Shown piece by piece: positions 53,501 through 64,000 of a DNA stretch of 64,000 nt. Under the pieces are notes generated by a model, which worked only from the letters and a program-made list of their open reading frames with translations, made no database searches and was not told the DNA's origin. The translations under genes were made by a program, and so were the position numbers. The stretch lies in the NCBI GenBank assembly GCA_950097015.1, contig CATNEN010000007.1, positions 6,076,001 through 6,140,000 on the forward strand. The letters run 5' to 3'. Position 1 is the first letter of the stretch, and each line of letters begins with the position of its first letter. Source of the DNA: Macrostomum hystrix. Its lineage: Eukaryota > Animalia > Platyhelminthes.

Positions 53501-56500
53501 GTGCGCATTATATACTACTAACCGAACTACTGAGGGTTCAAATCCCAGTTAAGGTGAAAATAGTTTGTATCCTTGAAAAAAAGACAGTTGATTTCCCTTG
53601 GCTTTAGCTGTAAAATTGGCTCTACTCAGCATCAGCTGTTCTTGTCCATGGACTGACTAGCTGTACACAGCCTTTAGATGCGTACATAGCTGCGGCTGAG
53701 CCGCTGTCTGTACTGTACATCTGGCCCCATACTGGGTATTGTACCAACGCTTTTATAATATTTCCTATGAGGATTCGAACTTTAGACCTTCGGTCGCGAT
53801 AAGATTATTCATAACACAAATTTAGTATTCATTTATATACTTGTGATATAAGAATATCTATATTAATATGGTGAACGATACGATTATAAATCGTAATTCA
53901 TGTTTCCATCTTTTCTAATCGATATTTTGAGACACCTCAGACTACCTTTAGATTCTGATTGCGAGCTTTATAGGCGGTAAGTGAGCCCCCCCTGCAATCC
54001 GACTGTTTTGGATGGCGGCACTGGCGCGGCCGGGAGAGGCACTTTGGAGTGGCATGCAAATTCATGCAAATCTCGGCCAGCCTGCATCCCGCAGCTACTC
54101 ATCATCTACCCAGCCCCCCCACCCGGCTTGGCCGACACTCCAACGGATCTCAGAAGGGGAGCCTTGAACCAGCCCCGGATAATGTATGGAGCACTGCCAC
54201 TGCGCGTGTGTGTGCCGGCCTTCACATTTTCTTTATCCTGCTCTTCGGCGCTTGCTGCTGCTGCTGCTGCTGCTGCTGCTTCTTTGCATTGCCCAGCCTA
54301 ATGGGTGAAATTGGCCCTCCATCGTTTGCCTTTTCCCCTTTTTACCCGGCTCCCTATCCCACTCCCCACTCTTCCCAATCCCAATCTGAGCCATTGCGCA
54401 CTTCTTCCCAGTTTTGAGTTGCCGCTCATATCTCAGCTCAAGTTGGGAAAATTCTGTCTGTTATTATTACTTGTTACTCTTCGTGTACGCGACTCGAAAT
54501 TCATCTATGCCCGCGTGCACTTTTATTGCAAACGAAATCCCATCTTTGGAATGATTTGCGCAATTTATTTTGAAAGAGTAAACACTTCTCCGATTATGCT
54601 ATTGTTAACAGTCAGTCTATGCGTGAACACTATTTCCTTGCGTGCACACTCATTAGTCTACTTATTCATTTTTTAGAATGCTTCTCTCATCATGAAACTT
54701 TCGTTCATGTTATACTCCAAATATACTTTAATAGTAATCTGTCCACTGTTCTCATAAGTATTATTCATAGCAGCTCAATCCTGTCTCATACCAGGTGCAA
54801 CAGTACTCGATCCTCTATCACCTGGGCGTTCGGGAGAATCTCGGCATGCGAGACAACATCATCCTTGTGCACGACTTAAATAAGGATGAGACTGACTCAC
54901 TGAGGGTGAGCACTGAGCCCTCCCGAATCCAACTAGCTGCTCTCCCACTGCCCCGAATCCAACTAGCTGCTCTCCCACTGCCCCGAATCCAACTAGCTGC
55001 TCTCCCACTGCCCTGAATCCAACTGGCTGCTCTCCCACTGCCCCGAATCCAACTGGCTGCTCTCCCACTGCCCCGAATCCAACTAGCTGCTCTCCCACTG
55101 CCCCGAATCCAACTGGCTGCTCTCCCACTGCCCCGAATCCAACTAGCTGCTCTCCCACTGCCCCGAATCCAACTGGCTGCTCTCCCACTGCCCCGAATCC
55201 AACTGGCTGCTCTCCCACTGCCCCGAATCAAACTAGCTGCTCTCCCACTGCCCCGAATCCAACTAGCTGCTCTCCCACTGCCCCGAATCCAACTAGCTGC
55301 TCTCCCACTGCCCCGAATCCAACTGGCTGCTCTCCCACTGCCCCGAATCCAACTGGCTGCTCTCCCACTGCCCCGAATCCAACTGGCTGCTCTCCCACTG
55401 CCCCGAATCCAACTAGCTGCTCTCCCACTGCCCCGAATCCAACTAGCTGCTCTCCCACTGCCCCGAATCCCGCAGAACTCGCTGTCACCTTCCTACCGGC
55501 TGTTTCCGTACCTGGTGGACGAGAGCACAGGCCGCTGCGTGGTGCCGGACTCGGCCTGTCACAAGCTGCTGCTTGCCAACTGTCACGGCGGCCACGATCA
55601 CAGTCCGGACACGCTGCTGGTGTCTAAACTCAAACGCGCCCTAAGAGAAGTTGAATCGACTTCCAAGGCTCAACTAAAGGCCAAATTCTTAGACGACCTG
55701 CAGAAGGCGCGCAACGAATACAAGGGCGACAATTTGAAAGACTTCCTACGCCGGATGCGGTCCCGACTGGACGATCCCGACCTGATCTCGCCGGACATCA
55801 TTCACAACATGCTGCTGAGCTATCGCAAGGCACAGGACTACTCGGCCATGGTTGGCCTAGTTGAGGAGCTGAAAACTTTGCCTCACGCCAAGAACCTAGT
55901 GGACATTGTCGGCATTCAGTACCTGTACGCGTTCGCGCTCAACCGGCGCAACCGGCCGGGCGATCGCAAGGAGGCTCTCGACGTTATCCTGCGCGCTGTG
56001 CAGCGCTGCGACAAGCCCGTGCCAGACATGCTCAGCCTAGTTGGCCGCATCTACAAGGACATGTTCACGGACTCCGACTACACTGACACTGAGAGCCTGG
56101 CCCACGCCACTGAGTGGTATCGAAAAGGTTTCGATGTGAGTTCGACTCATCTCTTCTGTCACTCTCTGTCCACAATTCAGCCCCAACCTTTCCCATTCTG
56201 TTTCTCCCCTCTCTCCCCTGCTGCTCTTCTGTCTTTCTCCCCTCTCTCCCCTGCTGCTCTTCTGTCTTTCTCCCCTCTCTCCCCTGCTGCTCTTCTGCCT
56301 TTCTCCCCTCTCTCCCCTGCTGCTCTTCTGTCTTTCTCCCCCTCTCCCCTGCTCCTCGTATCTCTTTCCTCCCTTCTCACCTATTCATCTATCCTCTCTT
56401 TCAATTATCTCTCCCATTTCTCATCTCTATAACCATCCTTATCCACCCTTGTCTCCAGGTGCAGCCGAACGAGTATTCCGGCATCAACCTGGCCACCCTG

Positions 56501-59500
56501 CTTGTAGTCTCCGGCCAGGAATTGCGCTCGAACTCGGAGCTCCAGCGTGTGGCCCTGGTGCTAAACAACCTTATCGGCCGGAAGGGCTCTCTGCGCGACC
56601 TCAAGGACTACTGGGACGTGGCCACGTTCTTTGAGATCAGCGTCCTAGCTGAGAATTATAACAAAGCGTGCGTGGCTGCGGAGTGCATGTTCAAACTGGA
56701 CCCGCCAGCCTGGCACATCAAGTCCACCATCAACAACATCCAGCTGATCAACCGCTTCCGCCAGAAGAAGGAGATTGAGCGCCGCGAGCCGCAGCCAGTC
56801 GGGCCGGAGGATCGGCACAAGGAGGCCTTCCACTTCTGGGTGGACTTCTTCAACGCGGCCACCAGCCATCCAGCTGGAGGCGGCGGCGGTGGCGGCGGAG
56901 GAGGAGGAGGCGCTAAAGACGCGGTTGCATCGGAAGGCGGCGGTGGTGACGCCAGCCCGCCAGAAGCTCCGGCTCTGTATCACGTCCTAGTGCAGGAGTC
57001 GGACCAGGTGTTCAAGCCCAGTTATCTGCAGCTCAATCTAAATGCCGAGCCGCGCAGTCTCGCCCTTTGGTACGTCACCGGTGGCGGTGGCAGCGGCGGT
57101 GGCAACGGTGCTGGCAACGTCGAAGATGGCGAAACGGGCGGCCCCGATGGCGCAGCTAGCGGCGGAGGTGGGGGCGGAGGAGACTGGTTCTTCCCAGAGC
57201 ATCAGATTCGGCGCATCAGCCTGGCCAAGAAGGATCCGCGCGGTGTCTACCTGTTCGTGGTGTCGGCCGCTGACGATTTTCACCTGCTATTCCCGTCTGA
57301 GCAGATGCGGCGACTGTTTTATGCTTCAGCCACCACCGGCCTGCTGTCTGTCGCGCAGGGCGAGGAGGACCTCGAGGAAGCTTTTGACCAGGTTTGCTAT
57401 GCAATAATAAGAATTGCAACCAGCGAAGAGGCAGTTCTGCCCATTTCGCTGACTCCTGAGCACACACGCTCACACAGGTGTGTACATCTGCCCTGACTTT
57501 CTCATCGTCAGGCGGTGTACACACTTTCACTGCGCCCTTGAGGTTGGATAATTTTATTTCTGGCTAACGAAAGATTTTAGACCAGTGGTTAGAACTTGTA
57601 ACTAGGAAACTAGGGAAATTTCCTATGTCTAGGACACAATTATCCGATTGCTGCGGTTCCCCAAGCTGTGAGAAGCTTATCTGGGATTCTCCAGGAGCTT
57701 CCCAGTCCATGGACTGGATTGCGAGAAGCTTATCCAGGATCCTCTCAGTCCATGGACTGAGCTGTGTGAAGCTTATCCGGGATTCTCCAGGACCCTTCCA
57801 GTCCATGGACTGAGCTTTGAGAAGCTTCTCCGGGATTATCAAGGATCCTTTCAGTCCATACTCTGAGCTTTTAGAAGCTTATCCGAGATTCTCCAGGACC
57901 CTTCCAGTCCATGGACTGAGCTTTTAGAAGCTTATCCGGGATTATCCAGGACCCTCCCAGTCCATGGACTGAGCTTTTAGAAGCTTATCCGGGATTATCC
58001 AGGACCCTCCCAGTCCATGGGCTAAAAAGACTTTAAATGATAAGTGGCTGCTGTCTGTGCCACTATTAATAGATTTCATAGGGTGATCTCAAATTATGCC
58101 TCAAATCAAGGTTTTCGAGTTTGACTACGAGTTGGAAGATCGCGGCGGCGGCGCCCGCAAGCTGCTGGGCCGGGGCACTTTCGGCACCGTGTACGCCGGC
58201 ATTGAAAAGCGTCGCCAGATGAAGATCGCCATCAAGGAGATCAACGAGGATCAGGTGAAGGAGGTGCAGGCCCTGCACGAAGAGATTCGCCTGCACTCGC
58301 GGCTCAATCATCGCAACATTGTGCGCTACCTTGGTTCCATTTCTGAGGCCGGCATCATCAAGATATTTATGGAACAGGTTAGAGACATTTTCATGCTGTT
58401 CGACTCTCGCACTAAAAGTACACTCAAACCTAAGTTCCCGAATTCGAACTCGGGACCTCTTTAGTTCATGACTTAGAGACAACTCATAGTGGTTAGAGCA
58501 TCAGACGCACCACTTGGAGGTCGGAGGTTCGATTCCCGACTCCACTGTAATAGTTTGTGTCCTTTCGCAAGATAACCATGCATTGATTCAGTTCGCACAG
58601 CTGTTAAATGGGCCCAGCATCAGCTGGGTAACTGATGGTGGGTGTGGCGTCACCCCAGTCCAAGGACTGAACAGCTGTACGCAGCCTTCAGATGTGTACA
58701 CAGTGTCGCATATTGCTCTCCGCAGGTGCCCGGGGGCTCCCTGAGCTCCTTGCTGAAAAAGAACGGCCCGCTGACGGAGCAGACGGCGGCCTACTACTCC
58801 CACCAGATCCTAGAGGGCCTGCAGTATCTGCACGACAACAAAATTGTCCACCGCGACATTAAAGGCGACAATATCCTGGTGAACACGTACAGCGGCGTGC
58901 TGAAGATCTCGGACTTTGGCACCAGCCGACGATTAGTTGGCATGGCTCCAGCCGCCACCTTCACCGGCACCATCCAGTACATGAGCCCGGAGGTCATCGA
59001 CCTCGGCATCAAGGGCTACGGCCTGCCAGCCGACATCTGGTCCTTCGGCTGCACCGTCATTGAGATGCTGACTGGCCAGCCGCCGTTCATTGAGCTGGGC
59101 TCAGCCCAGGCCACCATGTTCAAAGTTGGCTTTTACAAGGTGCACCCGGACATCCCCGAGACCAGCAGCCAGACCTGTACGGATTTCTGCCTTCAGTGCT
59201 TCGCCATCGATCCGAATCAGCGGGCCACCTGCGCCCAGCTGCTGGCACACCAGTTCCTGGCCGACGCCGCCCGCCTGCTGCACCGCAAGCGGGGCACCAA
59301 CCGCGGCGTCAGCCGAACCGACCAAGTCGGCGGCGGCCACGGCCGACGGCATCCGCACCATCTGGCTTCTATCGACGTTGCCGCCGCCTCGGCTGCCGCT
59401 GCCGCTTCTGCCAACGCAGCGACCGCCGCCACCTCCTCCTCGATGACTGCAGCCACCTGTGCCGGCGGCGCGCACGCTGCTCAAAACGCAGCCGTCGTGG

Positions 59501-61001
59501 CCGCCGCCGCAGCCGGCAGCTCTTCGGCCGCGAACACGCCGAGCCCGCCATCCAGCTCCGCGGATCATCTGCTTAGCCCCTTCATCAGTGACATGCCGAC
59601 TAGCAGCATCGGCAGCGGCAGCGGCGCCAGCAACAAGTTCTTTCTGCTGCGCAAGGACTCGGAGAGGCGCGAGACGCTGCACAGCATCATGCTGCAGGAC
59701 GGCGGCGAGATTGTTCAGCGCTGGATCCAGCTTCTGGGCGACAGGCACTGCGAGTGTGGCGGCTCCACAGACGCAGCCGCCGCCACCACAGCCGCCGCCG
59801 CCGCAGCCGCCGCCGCTCCTCCCGCAGCCGTGTCAGCCACCGCCACCTCTATCATTGAGGTGCCCGACTTGGATCTTCTTGCTCAGCTGTTGCGCGCATT
59901 CGCCGCCTACGTCAAGGAGCGGCATGCTCGTCTGGGCGAACTGGAAGAAGCCATGCGTCGGCTGGTTGCTGCCACCGGCAGCCGGACAGCGAACCTGGTC
60001 GTGTATTCGTTGGGCGAAGCCGTCACGGCGGCGCTAAGACGCCGGCACATTCAACCGCACTGGGTGTTCGCTCTGGACAGCATTCTGCGCGACGCTGTTG
60101 AAGCTGCGGCCAGGTGCCTTCGGGTCTCCAATCCTGATGTGGCCGGAGCCGCCGCTGCAGCCGATGGTGGCCACGCCGCTGCCGGAGGAGCAGTCGGTGG
60201 CGACGCCGAAGACGAAGACGCCTTGACCTCCGGTGTGTCCACCTACGATAGCCGCGATGCCGTTGGCGCTGGGAGGCAGCCGCATGCGCAGCACCAGCAC
60301 GAGCTCCAGCCGGCTCCGGTTGCAGCCGCGGCCGCCGCTGCTGCAATGGCTGTTGCTGTCGACGAGTCGGCGCCAGAGTCCGAGTTGAAGCGTCTGCGGC
60401 GTCGCTACAGCGAAGCCACGTCAGAGTACGCGCGCCTGCTGGAGCAAGCCTGCGCCAGCCGCATTAACGAATGTCAGCAGCTCCGCCTCCGCCTGCACCC
60501 GTCGCCGACAGAAGCAGGAGTCACCGCCGCCGCGGACGTGTCAGTAGCCGAGACGGTGCGCATCGACCCGGAGATGGTCGCCTGGGCGGAGCGCGAGGCC
60601 CGGATTGGCAGCATTGACCTGGCTGTGCTGGCCATGCAGGATTTCGATTTGGAGACACTGCTGCTGTGCGACAAGGAGGACCTGGCCAGAGCCCCGATCA
60701 GGTGCGCCGAAAAAATTTTTTGGACCTGTTTAGTCGGAATAGTCGCTAATATATTGTGACTGAGATTCGAACTCCCGACCTCCCGACCAGAATTTAAAGA
60801 ACTGTAACCCACTCGGCTCACAGCTGCAGCAGCCATTATGCGCATTAAATGAGCTATTTTTAATAATTATATTTCAGAGGAGGCGCCGTTGTCCGACTGT
60901 GGCGGGCCATTCAACGGCACCGAGCTGTGCAGCAGCAGCAGCAGCAGCAGTCTTCTAACAGCACTGAAGCTGTTGCCGATGACAATCAACAATCAAAATA
61001 G
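47510..61001 (+). CDS. MAP3K5: ASK1/MAP3K5-MAP3K15-family MAP3 kinase
   Basis: Exons 47510-47712, 53254-53365 (or 49657-49762), 54795-54905, 55476-56135, 56459-57391, 58111-58377, 58726-60701 and 60878-61001. Motifs LDYG...[127 protein letters not shown] and a C-terminal SAM-like [12 protein letters not shown]. No genomic ATG was found. Confidence 0.95.
48285..49420. repeat. 28-bp minisatellite (ACAGGTGTAMACACCCTCTAACAAACCC), about 40 units
   Basis: Visible directly; binary A/C variation at one site. Confidence 0.97.
49657..49762 (+). CDS. MAP3K5: ASK1 alternative (mutually exclusive) exon 2a
   Basis: ttcgcag|T GTT GGC...GAT CTG|gtaaaa, phase 2-0 like exon 53254-53365. [28 protein letters not shown] aligns without gaps to [28 protein letters not shown]. 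Confidence 0.75.
50045..50565. repeat. About 26-bp minisatellite (GGGGTGAGATTCCCAGCMGTTTTTA-type)
   Basis: Core GGGTGAGATTCCC is the reverse complement of the 47040-47495 core. Confidence 0.93.
51190..53008. repeat. 32-bp purine-rich minisatellite (GAGATACGRTAGAGATGAGACAGGAGAGAGTT)
   Basis: About 56 units; the 581-aa minus ORF is an artefact. Confidence 0.97.
53515..53710 (+). mobile_element. SINE family B, degenerate copy
   Basis: GGGTTCAAATCCC, TGTATCCTTG, AGCTGTAAAATTGG, GTCCATGGACTG..AGCTGTACACAGCC. Confidence 0.65.
54915..55470. repeat. 30-bp minisatellite making up essentially the whole ASK1 intron 54906-55475
   Basis: CCCCGAATCCAACTRGCTGCTCTCCCACTG units run from about 10 nt after the donor to 5 nt before the acceptor. 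Confidence 0.96.
56200..56345. repeat. 30-bp pyrimidine-rich intronic repeat
   Basis: TTTCTCCCCTCTCTCCCCTGCTGCTCTTCTG units. Confidence 0.88.
57405..57548 (-). mobile_element. SINE family A fragment just inside an ASK1 donor
   Basis: CCAGCGAAGAGGCAGTTCTGCCCATTTCGCTGACTCCTGAG...CTGACTTTCTCATCGTCAGGC. Confidence 0.85.
57640..58025. repeat. Roughly 40-50-bp tandem repeat containing CAGTCCATGGACTG (SINE-B-derived core)
   Basis: Repeated AGAAGCTTATCCGGGATTCTCCAGGACCCTTCCAGTCCATGGACTG. Confidence 0.85.
58480..58715 (+). mobile_element. SINE family B (tRNA-headed, CORE-like), best-preserved copy
   Basis: A box TAGTGGTTAGAGC, B box GGTTCGATTCCC, CORE-like TGTGTCCTTTCGCAAG...CAGCTGTTAAATGGG, 3' CAGTCCAAGGACTGAACAGCTGTAC. 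Related fragments at about 40150-40255, 46890-47000, 60760-60830(-) and 63275-63345(-). Confidence 0.75.
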
Positions 61002-61529
61002 AATCCCTTGTTTATAAAAAGCTTTGTTTGAAAGCATCCCTGAGTGACAGACACTATTGACTCAATGAAACTAGTTTCTCTTGGTCTCAGTGAATTTGTC
61101 AATTATAGAACAAAACAGATTTTCTGTGTGTAAATATCTTAATAGATGATTCTCTGTTCTGTGTTAGAGATTAATTCTTCTAATTCATTGCCTGCCCAAC
61201 TAAAAATTATTCTCTAAACTAACCCATTTTCATTCACCCTTGCTTGCAACTCTAACCTACTGTCTCTATTTTAACCCTGTGAGTATTGCTAAGCGTTATA
61301 GTCCACTGTTTTATTGTGTTTGTCTGTCCGCTAGCTGTTTGATTAGATTTTTTATTGATTGTTTGTTTTTGAAATTATTCTACTTCACTGTCACAGTTGC
61401 TTGTGTTCGTTTTTTCATTTAAATAGACTTTTTTCATTAGTATTTTCTGTTCTGATAATTTGTTTAAACTTTAGCTCAAATCAGCACATTATTAGAGTTG
61501 ATAAGTGACTTCCTATCAGGTTTGGCCAA

Positions 61530-62452
61530 CATCATCAGGTGTCTGTCACCCTTCCCAGATCATCATGTGTGTCTGTCACCCTTCCCTGATCATCAGGTGT
61601 GTCTATCACCCTTCCCTGATCATCAGGTGTCTGTCACCATTCCCAGATCATCATGTGTGTCTGTCACCCTTCCCTGATCATCAGGTGTGTCTATCACCCT
61701 TCCCTGATCATCAGGTGTCTGTCACCATTCCCAGATCATCATGTGTGTCTGTCACCCTTCCCTGATTATCAGGTGTGTCTGCCACCATTCCCAGATCATC
61801 AGATGTGTCTGTCACCCTTCCCTGATCATCAGGTGTCTGTCACTATTCCCAGATCATCAGGTGTGTCTGTCACAATCCCCTGATCATCAGATGTGTCTGT
61901 CACCATTCCCTGATCATCAGGCGTGTCTGTCACCCTTCCCTGATCATCAGGTGTGTCTGTCACCCTTCCCAGATCATCAGGTGTGTCTGTCACCATTCCT
62001 AGATCATCATGTGTGTCTGTCACCCTTCCCTGATCATCAGGTGTGTCTATCACCCTTCCCTGATCATCAGGTGTCTGTCACCATTCCCTGATCATCAGGT
62101 GTGTCTGTCACCATTCCTAGATCATTAGGTGTGTCTGTCACCATTCCCAGATCATCAGGTGTGTCTGTCACCATTCCCTGATCATCAGGTGTGTCTGCCA
62201 CCATTCCCAGATCATCAGATGTGTCTGTCACCCTTCCCTGATAATCAGGTGTGTCTGTCACCCTTCCCAGATCAATAGGTGTCTGTCACCATTCCTAGAT
62301 CATCATGTGTGTCTGTGACCCTTCGCAGATTATCAGGTGTGTCTGTCACCCTTCCCAGATCATCAGATGTGTCTGTCACCCTTCCCAGATCATCAGATGT
62401 GTCTGTCACTATTCCCTGATCATCAGGTGTGTCTGTCACCCTTCCCAGATCC
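61530..62452. repeat. 28-30-bp minisatellite (TCATCAGGTGTGTCTGTCACCCTTCCCTGA)
   Basis: Visible directly, downstream of ASK1. Confidence 0.95.
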
Positions 62453-63009
62453 TGCTATTCTTATGTTTTAGAAGCAATAAGTGTATCAGGAGGTCAATTG
62501 ACATGACCTTACACACCTATTGAGAGTCATGCTTAATCCACGAGTCGTGTGCTTGTTCTCTATTGAAAATGATCGACCTACCTTACCGACCTATCTTTGG
62601 TTACATGTAAAATATCTCCACACATCAGGAAGCCTATTGTCAGAGATTGTGTACATGAGGAATGTGTCCATGCAGTATTCATTAATTGGCTCAGCCTGAC
62701 TAGTTTTAAGTAGTTCAAAGCGAGTTGCAATAAGTACATGTTTTCTCTGTCTGCGTAGCACAGTGTAACCAATGTGTTTGCCCCGTTGCCACACTAAGAC
62801 CTGATTTAGATTCTTACTATATTTCTTATTATTTTTGCTATTTTAGCATGCTAATCTCTACTAGAATAGAACTCATTTGTCTTGTGTCGAGTGATTTTTG
62901 CAAACCTGATCAAGTCACAGAAAAGTGCAACCGATTATCTGAAATCGCTTCAACTTTATCGGCGTTCAGTTTTTTAACGCATAATATTGATTGATTGCAC
63001 CTGGATCTA

Positions 63010-63228
63010 GTAATAATAATTGCAGCAGGGCTGCAGGCAGTGGCGCATCATTTAGTGACACTAGACCCGCAGCCAGCGAGGAGGCAATTCTGCCCATTCC
63101 GCTGACTCCTGAGCACACACAGCACACAGATACCGTACGCGCGGCTGCGCCAAAAATTACTGTGGGCAGGGAATCGAGCTCAGGGACCTTGGTGCGAGAG
63201 GCAAACGCGTTAACCGCTCTGCTACTCA
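63010..63228 (-). mobile_element. SINE family A copy with large internal deletion
   Basis: Head AGTAGCAGAGCGGTTAACGCG...GAGCTCGATTCC joined to the 3' body and (ATT)n tail. Confidence 0.85.
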
Positions 63229-64000
63229 CCCCCCTGCCTCACTTGGGCCATTTGCACCCTATTGCACAGCCGTAGCTGCTGCCAGTTCAGTCCATGGACT
63301 GGGGAGGCGCCACACCCACCCTCAATTACCTCAGCTGATGCAGCTAAAAGCCTTAGTAGTTTTAAAAGTACTTTCGCCATGAAACCTGGCCGATAATATT
63401 TAACAAGAAAAAAGTCTTAATACACTATTTTCTTAGTGTCGTACGCTGATTAGGTGTACGGGCACAATTATTATTATCAGCAGCAGCAAGTCGGTCAAAT
63501 TGGAAGATTCCGAATTCTTAGAACTCGATCCCGACTCCGGATTTGACCGCAAAATTTGGGATTAGCATAATCTGGGCAAGAGATAGCACAATGCAGCTAT
63601 TGCCGATGACAAAGACCGCAAGGAATAATGCCCTCATAGAACCAGAAAGCTGCATGCACTGATTTCGGCCAATTCAATTATGAAAATCAGACATTTCCAT
63701 CGGCATTTTCTTTGATGCCCTATTAGGTGCTCGAGCAATTTTATTGGTTATTTGTTTCTTGACATTGTGCGTGGAGGTATTAACGGATGACGACTTTACA
63801 ACGCTGTGTCATTGCAGTATGGTAAATTAATCATTATTTTGAACTATAATGACCTGGGTCATAGCATTGGTGTGACTAATGCCAATTATGAAGTTCAGTC
63901 ATGGTTTTGGTCACAGCAGTAAATATAATAATTAATCATGATACTCATGATGTTCATGATTTTGTCACAGCTGCGGAGACAAATAACAACTATTTCTCCA

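Overview
Eukaryotic, intron-rich animal DNA. Spliceosomal introns stuffed with locus-specific minisatellites, an NPF-type neuropeptide gene, poly-Ala/Gln-rich GC-rich exons and genes that appear to need a spliced-leader AUG point to a free-living flatworm, most likely Macrostomum (inference). I can build splice-consistent models for nine genes: 3' end of a ZnT1/SLC30A1-like zinc exporter (+), an NPY/NPF precursor (+), an unidentified two-exon gene (+), a GATA1/2/3 factor (-), CFAP91/MAATS1 (-), and a co-oriented run of GTF2H5/TTDA, NTAN1, THOC7 and an ASK1/MAP3K5-family kinase (+). Mobile DNA comprises two tRNA-derived SINE families, a 541-bp internally deleted mariner and over 20 different tandem arrays. 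The best novel signal is in ASK1: a hidden duplicated exon 2 (49657-49762 vs 53254-53365, both phase 2-0, so mutually exclusive). It is accompanied by three intronic segments that can form competing long-range duplexes (47898-47922 / 51049-51085 / 54055-54086), which would loop out one exon or the other. Second, ASK1 (no start found) and probably THOC7 begin at phase-0 acceptors, consistent with an operon whose initiator Met comes from the flatworm spliced-leader 3' AUG. Most long ORFs in the supplied track are repeat artefacts. No CRISPR, rRNA or genuine tRNA gene was found.
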